Of a DNA stretch of 28,054 nt, positions 17,054 through 26,163 are shown piece after piece. Source of the stretch: Chloroflexota bacterium (lineage in GTDB: Bacteria; Chloroflexota; Dehalococcoidia; Lucifugimonadales; JADFKI01). Location of the stretch: positions 1 to 28,054 of the forward strand of contig JAQBUT010000032.1 of NCBI GenBank assembly GCA_027623195.1, written 5' to 3'. The notes beneath the pieces were generated by a model. That model did no database searches. It saw only the letters and a program-made list of their open reading frames with translations, and was not told the DNA's origin. Position 1 is the stretch's first letter, and each line of letters starts with the position of its first letter. A program made the position numbers and the translations under genes.

Positions 17054-17566
17054 ATGAACGTCACCGACGTATTTCTTCTGATAATAAGGTGGATACACCT
17101 GGTCTCCGCTGCCGCCTGGGTAGGCGGCGGTATATTTTATCTGGTAGTGCTGAGACCGGCCCAACGAAGGTCTGCCTCGGACTCTACAGAGTGTACGAAA
17201 TCGGTGTTCGCATCCGCCGCCACAGAGTTCCGGGCACTGGTCGACACATGCATTATCGTGCTGTTGGCCACGGGAATAATCCTGACCCTCAATCGTCTTA
17301 CTCCTGGCATAGTCGGTGTCCCATACGTAATAGTCCTTGGCGTGAAGATAGCGCTGTCCACCTGGATGTTCGTGCTTGCCAGGGGCCGCCGACGCAGGAC
17401 ACCTCTTATGGAGGCATACGCTGAGAGGGCCGAGGTGCCGCAGACCCGGTTAGGACGCGCGGCTCACGCTATATCCGGCTACAACTCCCTCGTGATTTTA
17501 GGCATCGTGGTTTTCCTGGTTTCAGACCTTATGAAGGTCCTTTTCGAACTGGCGCTGGCTGGTTGA
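17054..17566 (+). CDS. CopD-like four-TM membrane protein
   Basis: IIRWIHLVSAAAWVGG N-terminal motif typical of the CopD-like family; four hydrophobic segments. Confidence 0.65.
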   Translation: MNVTDVFLLIIRWIHLVSAAAWVGGGIFYLVVLRPAQRRSASDSTECTKSVFASAATEFRALVDTCIIVLLATGIILTLNRLTPGIVGVPYVIVLGVKIALSTWMFVLARGRRRRTPLMEAYAERAEVPQTRLGRAAHAISGYNSLVILGIVVFLVSDLMKVLFELALAG

Positions 17567-17573
17567 GAGGCGA

Positions 17574-17602
17574 TTGAACAGTCTGTTTAAGCCGTGTACC
17601 AT
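17574..17602 (+). promoter_or_regulatory. Possible sigma70 promoter for the Trm112-like gene
   Basis: TTGAAC-17 nt-TACCAT. Confidence 0.45.
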
Positions 17603-17638
17603 TGAGTTGGCATATTTGTGATAGGAAGGTTACCTGAG

Positions 17639-17821
17639 ATGAAGCGCGACCTGATGGACATCCTCGCATGCCCGGTTTGCAAGGGAGACCTTACTCTCAC
17701 GGTGACAAAGGAAGATGGCGATGAGATAGTTGAGGGATCGCTCAACTGCCAGGCCTGCAACGAGAACTATCCTATCCAGGATGCCATACCTAATCTGCTT
17801 CCCCCGTCGCTGCGCAGCTGA
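17639..17821 (+). CDS. Trm112-family (YcaR-like) zinc-binding methyltransferase activator
   Basis: MKRDLMDILACPVCKGDL...LNCQAC..NYPIQDAIPNLL; start set at ATG 17639. Confidence 0.88.
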   Translation: MKRDLMDILACPVCKGDLTLTVTKEDGDEIVEGSLNCQACNENYPIQDAIPNLLPPSLRS

Positions 17822-17831
17822 GGTCCACGCC

Positions 17832-18320
17832 CTAGCTAACTTGCGAAATCAATTCGCCGTCCATTTCGATTTCATCCCACATGAGTTGGACTGTTTTTCC
17901 CGCAAACGGATGGACTAACCCAGGAGCAATGTCCAGTAAAGGCCTCAAAACGAAGGCCCGGTTGTGCATCCTCGGGTGTGGAATCGTCAGTGGAGGGCCT
18001 TGCAGCACCTGCCGACCGTACATCAATACGTCTATGTCCAGCGAGCGAGGGGCGTTGGCGAAAGTCCTGTGTCTGCCTATTGCCCTCTCTATGCGCAACG
18101 CGGCATCCAGCAATTCAAACGGGTCCAGGTCGGTCCACAGGCGGCAAGCGGCGTTCACGAAGTCTGGCTGGTCGCTGAACCCCTGTGGCGTCGTACGGTA
18201 GAGCCTGGAAACTTCCATGGAGCGAGCAAGGCGGCCTAGCAAACCAAGCGCCTCCCGTATATTGGATACCGGGTCGCCGAGGTTGGAACCCAGTCCCAGA
18301 AATGCCTCATTTAGCCCCAT
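17832..18320 (-). CDS. folK: 6-hydroxymethyl-7,8-dihydropterin pyrophosphokinase
   Basis: AFLGLGSNLGD, QPDFVNAA, PRSLDIDVL, LTIPHPRMHNRAFVLRPL; start ATG 18320 overlaps the end of folP. Confidence 0.95.
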   Translation of the reverse strand: MGLNEAFLGLGSNLGDPVSNIREALGLLGRLARSMEVSRLYRTTPQGFSDQPDFVNAACRLWTDLDPFELLDAALRIERAIGRHRTFANAPRSLDIDVLMYGRQVLQGPPLTIPHPRMHNRAFVLRPLLDIAPGLVHPFAGKTVQLMWDEIEMDGELISQVS

Positions 18321-19179
18321 TACGGCTCCAACCACGAACGATGGCGTCGCTCATCCGGACTACCCTAGCCATCTCTTTTACGTCGTGCACTCGGACGATG
18401 TCTGCGCCGCCGGCAACGGATAAGGCCACGGTGGCTGAAGTGCCTTCCAGCCGATCTTCCACAGGTAGGTCCAAGACCAGCCCGATAGTGGACTTGCGAG
18501 AGGTGCCCATGAGTATTGGGCTGCCCAGCGCTCCGAATTCCAGTAGCCTTCGTTGAATTTCCAGGTTGTGCTCTGGCGTCTTGCCGAAGCCTATGCCTGG
18601 ATCCAGGATGATACTTTCGGGGGGTATGCCAGCCGCCGTAGCGATATCCAGGCATTTACGTAGTTCTGAGATAACATCGGGGACAAGATCATCGTAATCC
18701 GTTCCCTCCTGATTGTGCATCAGGACCGCAGCTACACCACCCTCGGCGATGACGGAAGCCATATCGGGGTCCCGCTTGAGGCCCCAGATATCGTTGACCA
18801 GTGATGCACCCGCCTGGATGGCCGCTTCGGCAACCTCTGCCTTCCACGTGTCAACGCTGACGGGGATGTCCACCCTCGTCGCTACCGCCTCAATGATTGG
18901 GGCCACCCGTTCAATCTCTTCGTCGGCGGGAATCTCTCTGGCCTTGGGGTAAGCGGATCGCGGCCTGCTGGATTCGCCACCGATGTCTAGAATGTCTGCG
19001 CCGTCAATCTGGAACTGCTCTGCCATTCTTAGGGCGGCGTCCATGTTCGTTCCAATGCCGTCGCCTGAGAACGAGTCCGGCGTTACGTTCAGGATGCCCA
19101 TGACGTAAGTCCTGGCGCCCCAAATAAACATCCGATTTCCTATGCGGGTAACGCCCCTCTGGGCCCTGGTTGGACTCAT
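18307..19179 (-). CDS. folP: Dihydropteroate synthase
   Basis: VMGILNVTPDSFSGDG, DIGGESSRP, ILDPGIGFGK, GTSRKS, IVRVHDV; start at ATG 19179 or GTG 19185. Confidence 0.96.
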   Translation of the reverse strand: MSPTRAQRGVTRIGNRMFIWGARTYVMGILNVTPDSFSGDGIGTNMDAALRMAEQFQIDGADILDIGGESSRPRSAYPKAREIPADEEIERVAPIIEAVATRVDIPVSVDTWKAEVAEAAIQAGASLVNDIWGLKRDPDMASVIAEGGVAAVLMHNQEGTDYDDLVPDVISELRKCLDIATAAGIPPESIILDPGIGFGKTPEHNLEIQRRLLEFGALGSPILMGTSRKSTIGLVLDLPVEDRLEGTSATVALSVAGGADIVRVHDVKEMARVVRMSDAIVRGWSRNGAK

Positions 19180-19316
19180 TTTCACCTCTGTCTTACGGTG
19201 TCGGTCGCAGGTGCCGCCCGTCCCATTATTACCTTGCGGACTGCGCCTGGAATCTGATACATTTCGAGTTATTATTCAGGGCTAAATACGCACCCTAAAG
19301 CGATGGGAATTCTAAC

Positions 19317-20879
19317 ATGGTGGTTCGCCGAAAGGTAGACGAACAGCTAGAGGACCTCCAGGGCAAGAAGGCGCAGAGCATCCTCGGCGGCGGTCAGCGG
19401 CGCATCGACGCGCAGCACAAGCGCGGCAAGATGACCGCACGTGAACGCATAGACCTGCTCATGGACGAGGGAAGCTTCGAGGAGTTGGACGCTTTCGTGC
19501 TGCACCGCGCCACGGAATTTGGACTGGCCGATCAGAAATACATGGGCGACGCCGTGGTAACAGGCTACGGAAAGGTCAACGGTCGGATTACGTTTGTGTT
19601 CTCCCAGGACTTCACGGTATTTGGAGGCTCGCTCTCCGAGGCCGTGGCCCAGAAGATATGCAAGGTAATGGACCTGGCCGCCAATAGCGGCGCTCCGATG
19701 GTGGGGCTAATCGATTCGGGCGGCGCTCGTATTCAGGAGGGCATCCTGAGCCTGGCTGGCTACGCGGACATATTCCTTCGCAATGTCAGGTCCTCAGGGG
19801 TCATTCCCCAGATATCTGTCATACTTGGACCTGCTGCCGGCGGCGCGACATACTCCCCTGCATTGACGGACTTCATCTTCATGGTCAAAGGCACAGGGCA
19901 GATGTACATAACGGGTCCTGACGTCATCAAGTCCGTGACCGGCGAAGAGGTTACCCACGAGGCTTTGGGTGGGGCCGACGCCCATGCTAAAAAGAGCGGC
20001 GTAGCCCACTTCGCGCATGAGAACGAGATCGAGTGCATAGAGCAAGTCAGACGACTGCTCTCCTTCCTCCCGCAAAACAATATGGAAGACGCACCAAGAG
20101 CACTGTCACAGGACGATCCCGAGCGACGGGACCCCGAACTATTGCATGTCGTCCCTGACAGCCCCAACATGCCATACGATATGCTGGAGGTCATCGCTCG
20201 GATCGTTGACGACGGCGACTTCATGCAGGTACATGAGACCTTCGCCCAGAACGTTATCGTTGGCTTTGCCCGCCTGGACGGGCGGCCCGTAGGAATAGTA
20301 GGTCAGCAGCCGCAATTCATGGCCGGAGTGCTGGACATCGATGCGTCCTCCAAGGCAGCGCGTTTCGTGCGATTCTGCGACGCCTTCAACATTCCTCTGG
20401 TTACGTTTGTTGACGTGCCTGGGTTCATGCCCGGCACCAATCAGGAATACGGCGGCATCATCAGGCATGGCGCGAAGCTCATATATGCTTACGCCGAGGC
20501 CACCGTTCCCAAGGTTAGCGTACTGACGCGCAAGGCGTATGGCGGGGCCTACATCGTCATGAGCAGCAAAGGTCTTCGCGGCGATATCAACCTGGCATGG
20601 CCAACGGGCGAGATTGCTGTGATGGGTGCCGAGGGCGCGGTAAATATCGTCCAGAGGGGCGAGATAGCGGAATCGCCTCAACCGGAGGCGTTGCGCAGTC
20701 GGCTCATCCAAGAGTACCAGGACCAGTTCATGAACCCATACGTAGCCGCCAGCCATGGTCTGATCGACGACGTTATCGACCCTGCGGAGACTCGCCCGAA
20801 GATAATTCGAGCCCTTGAGATGCTCGAGAACAAACGGGAGACGCTTCCGTATAAGAAACATGGAAGCATTCCTTTGTAA
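19317..20879 (+). CDS. Acyl-CoA carboxyltransferase (PccB / MmdA / transcarboxylase 12S-like)
   Basis: [56 protein letters not shown], and C-terminal KKHGSIPL. Confidence 0.93.
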   Translation: MVVRRKVDEQLEDLQGKKAQSILGGGQRRIDAQHKRGKMTARERIDLLMDEGSFEELDAFVLHRATEFGLADQKYMGDAVVTGYGKVNGRITFVFSQDFTVFGGSLSEAVAQKICKVMDLAANSGAPMVGLIDSGGARIQEGILSLAGYADIFLRNVRSSGVIPQISVILGPAAGGATYSPALTDFIFMVKGTGQMYITGPDVIKSVTGEEVTHEALGGADAHAKKSGVAHFAHENEIECIEQVRRLLSFLPQNNMEDAPRALSQDDPERRDPELLHVVPDSPNMPYDMLEVIARIVDDGDFMQVHETFAQNVIVGFARLDGRPVGIVGQQPQFMAGVLDIDASSKAARFVRFCDAFNIPLVTFVDVPGFMPGTNQEYGGIIRHGAKLIYAYAEATVPKVSVLTRKAYGGAYIVMSSKGLRGDINLAWPTGEIAVMGAEGAVNIVQRGEIAESPQPEALRSRLIQEYQDQFMNPYVAASHGLIDDVIDPAETRPKIIRALEMLENKRETLPYKKHGSIPL

Positions 20880-21079
20880 TGACGTATGAAGGAATAAGCC
20901 CCAAGCTTTTGGCTGCGATAACTACAGCCGTGCAAGCCTATCTAGACGGCGAAGCCTATGCACCTGCTAACCGGAGTACTCCCAGGCTAAACGCGTGGCG
21001 TATGTCAGCCAGGCGTGATACAGTCGGAGCTGGTTCGCGAGACTGGACCGGTCGAGGCAAACGACTCAATTACCTCTAA
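20879..21079 (+). CDS. Small accessory subunit (acyl-CoA carboxylase epsilon-like)
   Basis: Translationally coupled to the upstream gene (TAATG); LLAAITTAVQAYL...NAWRMSAR pattern typical of small carboxyltransferase-associated subunits. Confidence 0.65.
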   Translation: MTYEGISPKLLAAITTAVQAYLDGEAYAPANRSTPRLNAWRMSARRDTVGAGSRDWTGRGKRLNYL

Positions 21080-21103
21080 ATCCTTCGTAGTTCGGAAAAT
21101 TAC

Positions 21104-22951
21104 TTGGCGAAAAATCCCATAAAAATCACCGACACCACCTTCAGGGACGGTCACCAGAGCCTGATGGCGACGCGTCTTCGCATGGAAGACATGGAGCCGC
21201 TGTTGGCGGACATGGATGCTATTGGCTTTCACTCCATGGAGGTCTGGGGCGGCGCAACCTTCGATGTCACAACGCGGTTTCTTGGCGAGGACCCGTGGGA
21301 GAGGCTCCGCACCTTCAAGCGGCTTCTGCCCAACACCCCGCTATCGATGCTGCTTCGAGGACAATCGCTGGTGGGGTACAGGGCCTACGCCGACGACGTT
21401 GTGGACGCCTTCGTAGAGAGATCGGCAGAGGTTGGCGTCGATATCTTCCGAGTTTTTGACGCCCTTAACGACCCGGTGAATCTGGGCCAGGCAGCCAGGG
21501 CTGTCAAAAAGGCAAAGAAGCACTTGCAGATGGCCGTCTGCTACTCTATCACGGAGGAAGGCAGACTAGGCGGCCCAATCTACAATCTGAAGTACTACAT
21601 GGCTAAGGTCAAAGAGTTCGAGGCCCTGGGCGCCGATAGCATCTGTATCAAGGATATGGGCGGTCTGCTCGCTCCTTACGACGCCTTCCAACTGGTCACT
21701 GAAATAAAGAAGGCGACGAAGGTTCCCCTTCAACTCCACTGCCACTACACCAGCGGTATGGCATCAATGACTGTGCTGAAGGCAATGGAAGCTGGAGTCG
21801 ACATCGTAGATACCTGTTTGGCCCCATTGGCGCTACGCACCGCGCAGCCAGCCGTGGAGCCATTGCTGGTGACGTTGGGTGATACCGATAGAGACCCAGG
21901 TCTGGATTTGGATAGAATTCTTGAGATAGGCGATAAGCTGGAGAAGGTTCTGCCCAAGTACAGGTCGTATCTGGAGAGGCCCAGGTCGGCGGTTATTGAC
22001 GCCAGGGTGTTGAAGCATCAGATCCCCGGCGGTATGTCTAGCAACCTCGTATCCCAGCTTCGTGAGGCCGGGGCCATAGACAGGCTAGACGAGGTTTTGG
22101 AGGAGATAACCAGGACACGGAAAGACCTGGGCTACCCCCCACTCGTAACCCCAATGAGCCAGATGATCGGCTCACAGGCGGTGAATAATGTGCTGTTCGG
22201 CCACTACGAAATGATAACCGGACCGGTTCGGGACTATGTGGCCGGGGCTTATGGCACGCCACCCGCGGCCATCGACAAAGATTTGACCAAGCTGGCCATG
22301 ACAGATCGAGAGCCGATAACCGGCAGACCTGCGGACAACATTGAACCTGAACTGGAGGCGGCCCGAGAGGCCATCAAAGGAATCTCTAGTGACATAGATG
22401 ACGTGCTCATCTATGCCCTTTACCCTACCACCGGCCTTCGCTTTCTGAAGATCAAGCATGGGCAAGAGCCTATGCCCGACGAAATGAAACCAGAATACCT
22501 GGAGACGCCTCAAGCCGCCACGAACTTATTTGACGCGCCGCCCAGGAGCCCCAACGCTCGTCAATTCAATGTATTCGTAGGAGGCGAGCACTTTCAGGTT
22601 GAGGTGGACCCCGTCAGGCCTGTTGGGGATGCTGTGGTCAGGCAGGTATCAAGCGCCGCGACTCCAAAATCCCCGCCTACGGGCGCGCCTGTGCAGGCTC
22701 CTGCCCCTTCACCCGGGCCGGAAGTCGCCACGGGCGATGCGACTATCGTTGCACCCATACCGGGAATCGTGCTGAAATACGAGGTGGAGGTGGGACAGCA
22801 TGTTGCCGCCGGTGACCCGGTTGTGCTGCTTGAGGCAATGAAAATGGAGAACTCCTTGCCGTCCCCTATTGATGGCACTGTGAAGGCTCTTCCCGCCCAA
22901 CGAGGGCAAACAGTTGCTAAAGATGTTGTACTCGCTATAATTTCACCTTGA
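21104..22951 (+). CDS. Pyruvate/oxaloacetate carboxyltransferase fused to a biotin carrier (PycB/OadA-type; transcarboxylase 5S+1.3S-like)
   Basis: DTTFRDGHQSL, EVWGGATFD, IKDMGG, HCH, HQIPGGM, LGYPPLVTP; Pro/Ala linker; C-terminal EAMKM biotinylation site; TTG start. Confidence 0.93.
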   Translation: MAKNPIKITDTTFRDGHQSLMATRLRMEDMEPLLADMDAIGFHSMEVWGGATFDVTTRFLGEDPWERLRTFKRLLPNTPLSMLLRGQSLVGYRAYADDVVDAFVERSAEVGVDIFRVFDALNDPVNLGQAARAVKKAKKHLQMAVCYSITEEGRLGGPIYNLKYYMAKVKEFEALGADSICIKDMGGLLAPYDAFQLVTEIKKATKVPLQLHCHYTSGMASMTVLKAMEAGVDIVDTCLAPLALRTAQPAVEPLLVTLGDTDRDPGLDLDRILEIGDKLEKVLPKYRSYLERPRSAVIDARVLKHQIPGGMSSNLVSQLREAGAIDRLDEVLEEITRTRKDLGYPPLVTPMSQMIGSQAVNNVLFGHYEMITGPVRDYVAGAYGTPPAAIDKDLTKLAMTDREPITGRPADNIEPELEAAREAIKGISSDIDDVLIYALYPTTGLRFLKIKHGQEPMPDEMKPEYLETPQAATNLFDAPPRSPNARQFNVFVGGEHFQVEVDPVRPVGDAVVRQVSSAATPKSPPTGAPVQAPAPSPGPEVATGDATIVAPIPGIVLKYEVEVGQHVAAGDPVVLLEAMKMENSLPSPIDGTVKALPAQRGQTVAKDVVLAIISP

Positions 22952-23014
22952 GGGATATAGCAGATCAAAACAGAGACTAGGGAATCGAATTAGTCTTCTT
23001 AGGAGAATAAAAAG

Positions 23015-23947
23015 ATGCGCAGCAAGGTTACCGTGGTTGGAGCTGGCAACGTAGGCGCCACCACTGCCCAACGAATTTTCGACAAGGGCTATGCTGACGT
23101 GGTGTTGGTGGACATCGTCGAAGGCCTGCCCCAGGGTAAGGCTTTAGATATGCTGGAGGCCGGTCCCGTAACGGGCACCGACGCCAAAGTTATCGGCACC
23201 AATGGCTACGATGAGACTGAGAACTCAGACGTCGTTGTAGTGACTTCCGGTATAGCCCGCAGGCCAGGTATGAGTCGTGACGACCTGCTGCTGACTAACA
23301 TGAAAATCGTGACCAGCGTGGTGAAAGAGGTGGCTGCAAGGTCACCCAACTGCGTGCTGCTGCCTGTGACCAATCCACTGGATGCCATGGCGCAAAAGGC
23401 CTACGAAGTCAGCGGTTTCCCAAAGAATCGCGTAGTGGGCATGGCGGGTATTCTGGACACGGCGAGATTCAGGACCTTCCTGGCGCAGGAGCTAAACGTC
23501 TCCGTTAATTCGGTGGAGGCCTACGTTCTAGGCGGCCACGGAGATACGATGGTTCCTGTCGTCGGCACCACCACCGTGGGCGGCACGCCTGTGTCCAAGC
23601 TCATCGGCAAAGAGCGTCTGGCGGAGATTGTGCAGCGCACCAGGGATGGCGGCGCCGAGATCGTCAACTACCTCAAGACGGGCAGCGCCTACTACGCCCC
23701 CTCTGCGTCTATCGTGCGTATGGTAGAGTCGATTCTGCTGGACAGGAAGGAAATTCTGCCCTGCACCGCCCTGCTGGAGGGCGAATACGGCATCAACAAC
23801 CTGTTCGTTGGCGTGCCGGTCAAGTTAGGCGCCGGTGGTGTGGAAGAGGTTTTCGAGATCGACCTCAACGACGAAGAGTTGGCCGCGCTGAGGAAGTCGG
23901 CGGAATCAGTTCAAGAACTGATCGATGTCATGGCCGCCGCAGTCTAG
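23015..23947 (+). CDS. mdh: Malate dehydrogenase (LDH-like tetrameric type)
   Basis: [19 protein letters not shown] (Arg specificity residue), TNPLD, LDTARF, GGHGD; AGGAG SD. Confidence 0.96.
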   Translation: MRSKVTVVGAGNVGATTAQRIFDKGYADVVLVDIVEGLPQGKALDMLEAGPVTGTDAKVIGTNGYDETENSDVVVVTSGIARRPGMSRDDLLLTNMKIVTSVVKEVAARSPNCVLLPVTNPLDAMAQKAYEVSGFPKNRVVGMAGILDTARFRTFLAQELNVSVNSVEAYVLGGHGDTMVPVVGTTTVGGTPVSKLIGKERLAEIVQRTRDGGAEIVNYLKTGSAYYAPSASIVRMVESILLDRKEILPCTALLEGEYGINNLFVGVPVKLGAGGVEEVFEIDLNDEELAALRKSAESVQELIDVMAAAV

Positions 23948-23957
23948 GCCAGGCTAA

Positions 23958-24143
23958 ATGGCAACAGAAATACAGATAACAAAGGTCCTCAATGGCTTGG
24001 GGCAGTTTCCGGGATGTACCTCTTGCGGATGTCGAATACGCTTTGGTGACCAGGAGTGCCCCAGATGCGGTGAAGACCTGTACGACGAACTCTGGGCCTG
24101 GGCCGAGGCACTGATTGACGTGGTAACTGACCAGGAAGATTAG
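23958..24143 (+). CDS. Small zinc-ribbon protein (61 aa)
   Basis: CTSC-x10-CPRC followed by an acidic amphipathic helix; starts 10 nt after mdh and ends before the terminator. Confidence 0.6.
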   Translation: MATEIQITKVLNGLGQFPGCTSCGCRIRFGDQECPRCGEDLYDELWAWAEALIDVVTDQED

Positions 24144-24180
24144 CATTAGGGGTTAACTGGTCTAGCCATTCATTGGAATC

Positions 24181-24215
24181 AAAAAAAGAGGTCGGCGATT
24201 TCGCCGACCTCTTTT
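24181..24215. terminator. Bidirectional intrinsic terminator
   Basis: A7-GAGGTCGGCGA-TT-TCGCCGACCTC-TTTT between two convergent operons. Confidence 0.9.
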
Positions 24216-24239
24216 CAATTCATTACCTAATTCTTTTTG

Positions 24240-25130
24240 CTAGGGTGCGACGGCCAGCGTGGATAGCATCTTCTGGGTGGAGATGATGTGCTTGTTAAGC
24301 CGCATGCTCTCCGGCGGGATTCCAATTGCCAGCCCTATGAGCTGTGGAAGGTGCAGAATAGGCAGGTCTATGGGTTGTCTTGCTACCTTGGCTGCATCCG
24401 GCTGATACCCGTCCAGGTTGAGGTGGCACAGCGGGCAGGGCGTTACCATTGCATCCGCTCCACCGCTCTTGGCGTCCAGGGTATGCTTAGACACCATCTT
24501 CATGGCATTGTTCTGGTTGATGGTCAGAATCGGGAAGCCGCAGCACGCCGTCTTTCCTTCGAACTCGACTACGGAAGCACCGACGGCCTCTATCACGCGC
24601 TCCAACGAGTCCTCGCGTTCGGGGTGCTCTTCGAATCCCAGTGCAGACGATGGCCTGACGATGTAACAGCCGTAGAATGGCGCTGCCTTGAAGCCAGTAA
24701 GTGGCCTTACGACCATCTCTTTGAGCTTATCGATGCCCACCTCTTCAACGATGATCCAGAGAAGATGCTTGGGCTCAATGGTGCCCTTGTACTCAAGGCC
24801 CTCTTCGACCAGGTCCTCGTTAATGGAGGCCAGGTACTCGGGGTCGGCCTTGAGGCGAGCGTTGGCCTGGGACATAACGCCCTGGCATGTGCTGCAGATA
24901 GTCATTAGCGGCAGACCGGAGCGTTCCGCCAACGCAAAGTTACGAGCGTTCAGCGTGTCCCCCAGGCGCAGATTCTTCTCCTGCAGGACGCCTGCGCCGG
25001 TGCAAGACGCGCTCTGCATTGCCTGTTCGTCTAGCTCGATCCCCAGGCGGTTACAAACCTCTATGGTGGCCTGGTAAAGCTCCGGACACGCGCCTTTGGC
25101 AACGCAGCCGGAATAGAAGGCGTACTTCAT
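24240..25130 (-). CDS. CCG-domain subunit (HdrB-like / type E SQR subunit) of the succinate dehydrogenase/fumarate reductase
   Basis: MKYAFYSGC, SCTGAG, TICSTC, APFYGC, CCG, TPCPLCHLNLD, LPILHLPQLIGLA. The start at ATG 25130 overlaps the sdhB stop (ATGA). Confidence 0.9.
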   Translation of the reverse strand: MKYAFYSGCVAKGACPELYQATIEVCNRLGIELDEQAMQSASCTGAGVLQEKNLRLGDTLNARNFALAERSGLPLMTICSTCQGVMSQANARLKADPEYLASINEDLVEEGLEYKGTIEPKHLLWIIVEEVGIDKLKEMVVRPLTGFKAAPFYGCYIVRPSSALGFEEHPEREDSLERVIEAVGASVVEFEGKTACCGFPILTINQNNAMKMVSKHTLDAKSGGADAMVTPCPLCHLNLDGYQPDAAKVARQPIDLPILHLPQLIGLAIGIPPESMRLNKHIISTQKMLSTLAVAP

Positions 25131-26086
25131 TTTTTCCTGCTCTCCACCTTTTCGAATATTCGCTTCACGTACTCGGCACCCGGTCGCTTCTTGTGGATGA
25201 TCGGCGGCACCTTGCCCGCCTTTTGGGACCGGATTGCCAGGGGTATCATTTTGACCATCTCTTTGATGTTGAATATGCCGAACGTGTTTATGGGCAACTT
25301 TAACTCGTCCAGCCAACCGCTGTGAGATACTGATTTCGCGAAGTACTCTGCGTGGCGCGCGCCATAGGTCTTGTCCAGGCCGCTTTCGATGGCCTTGTCC
25401 CGCAGCGACATGATGCGTTCCATGGGAGCCACCCCCTTGGGGCAGACCTCCACGCACATCATGCACCGGGTGCAGTCCCACATTCCGCCTGGCTGGTCCA
25501 ATGCGCCCAGTCGTGTGTCGTCGGCGTCGTCTCTGGGGTCGGCCACGAACCGGTAGGCCTTGGCCAGGGCAGCCGGGCCCAAGAAGTTCTTGTCCACTTC
25601 CAGCGAGGGGCAATCTGACACGCAAGCTCCGCACATAATGCAGCTCATGACGCCTGCCAGATGCAGCATGTCCTCGTTGGGGGCGATGTATTCGTGCTCG
25701 GGCACCGGGCCACTGTTTTGCAGCCAAGGCTCCACCTGTCGAACCTTGGCCCAGTGCATTTCCATGTTGGTGACGAGGTCTTTGATCACCGTCATGTTGC
25801 CCATGGGTTCAACGACGATTGGGCCGCCGTCCTTGGGCATGGCGTCATTTAGGCTGGTATTGCAGGCAAGTCCCGCTTGACCGTTGATGCGCATACCGCA
25901 GGAGCCGCATATGGAGCTTCGGCACGAGCATCGCAATGTAAGGCCGCCATCGACCTCTTCGCGGATCTGGATGAGGCCATCCAATACGGTGCCTGCGTCC
26001 GGCATTTCCAGGGCGTACTCCTGCCAGTAAGGAGCAGGGTTGTCTGTTTCAGGGTCGAATCTTTTTACCTTGAATGTAACGTCCAT
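25127..26086 (-). CDS. sdhB: Succinate dehydrogenase/fumarate reductase iron-sulfur subunit
   Basis: [2Fe-2S] motif SCRSSICGSC...LAC; CIMCGACVSDCP; CTRCMMCVEVCP. Start set at MDVTFKV (26086). Confidence 0.93.
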   Translation of the reverse strand: MDVTFKVKRFDPETDNPAPYWQEYALEMPDAGTVLDGLIQIREEVDGGLTLRCSCRSSICGSCGMRINGQAGLACNTSLNDAMPKDGGPIVVEPMGNMTVIKDLVTNMEMHWAKVRQVEPWLQNSGPVPEHEYIAPNEDMLHLAGVMSCIMCGACVSDCPSLEVDKNFLGPAALAKAYRFVADPRDDADDTRLGALDQPGGMWDCTRCMMCVEVCPKGVAPMERIMSLRDKAIESGLDKTYGARHAEYFAKSVSHSGWLDELKLPINTFGIFNIKEMVKMIPLAIRSQKAGKVPPIIHKKRPGAEYVKRIFEKVESRKK

Positions 26087-26163
26087 ATTTCTACAAAAAA
26101 CCTGCTGTTGCCCCATGTAGAGGGGCCAAATTTCCGTTAGACACTATATGAATCGAAAACGAA

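Noticed and set aside
25131..25727. N-terminal 199-aa extension of the 495-aa ORF in the track
   Set aside because: It overlaps sdhB in another frame and is Arg-rich shadow sequence. The HdrB-like protein starts at MKYAFYSGC (25130) with ATGA coupling.
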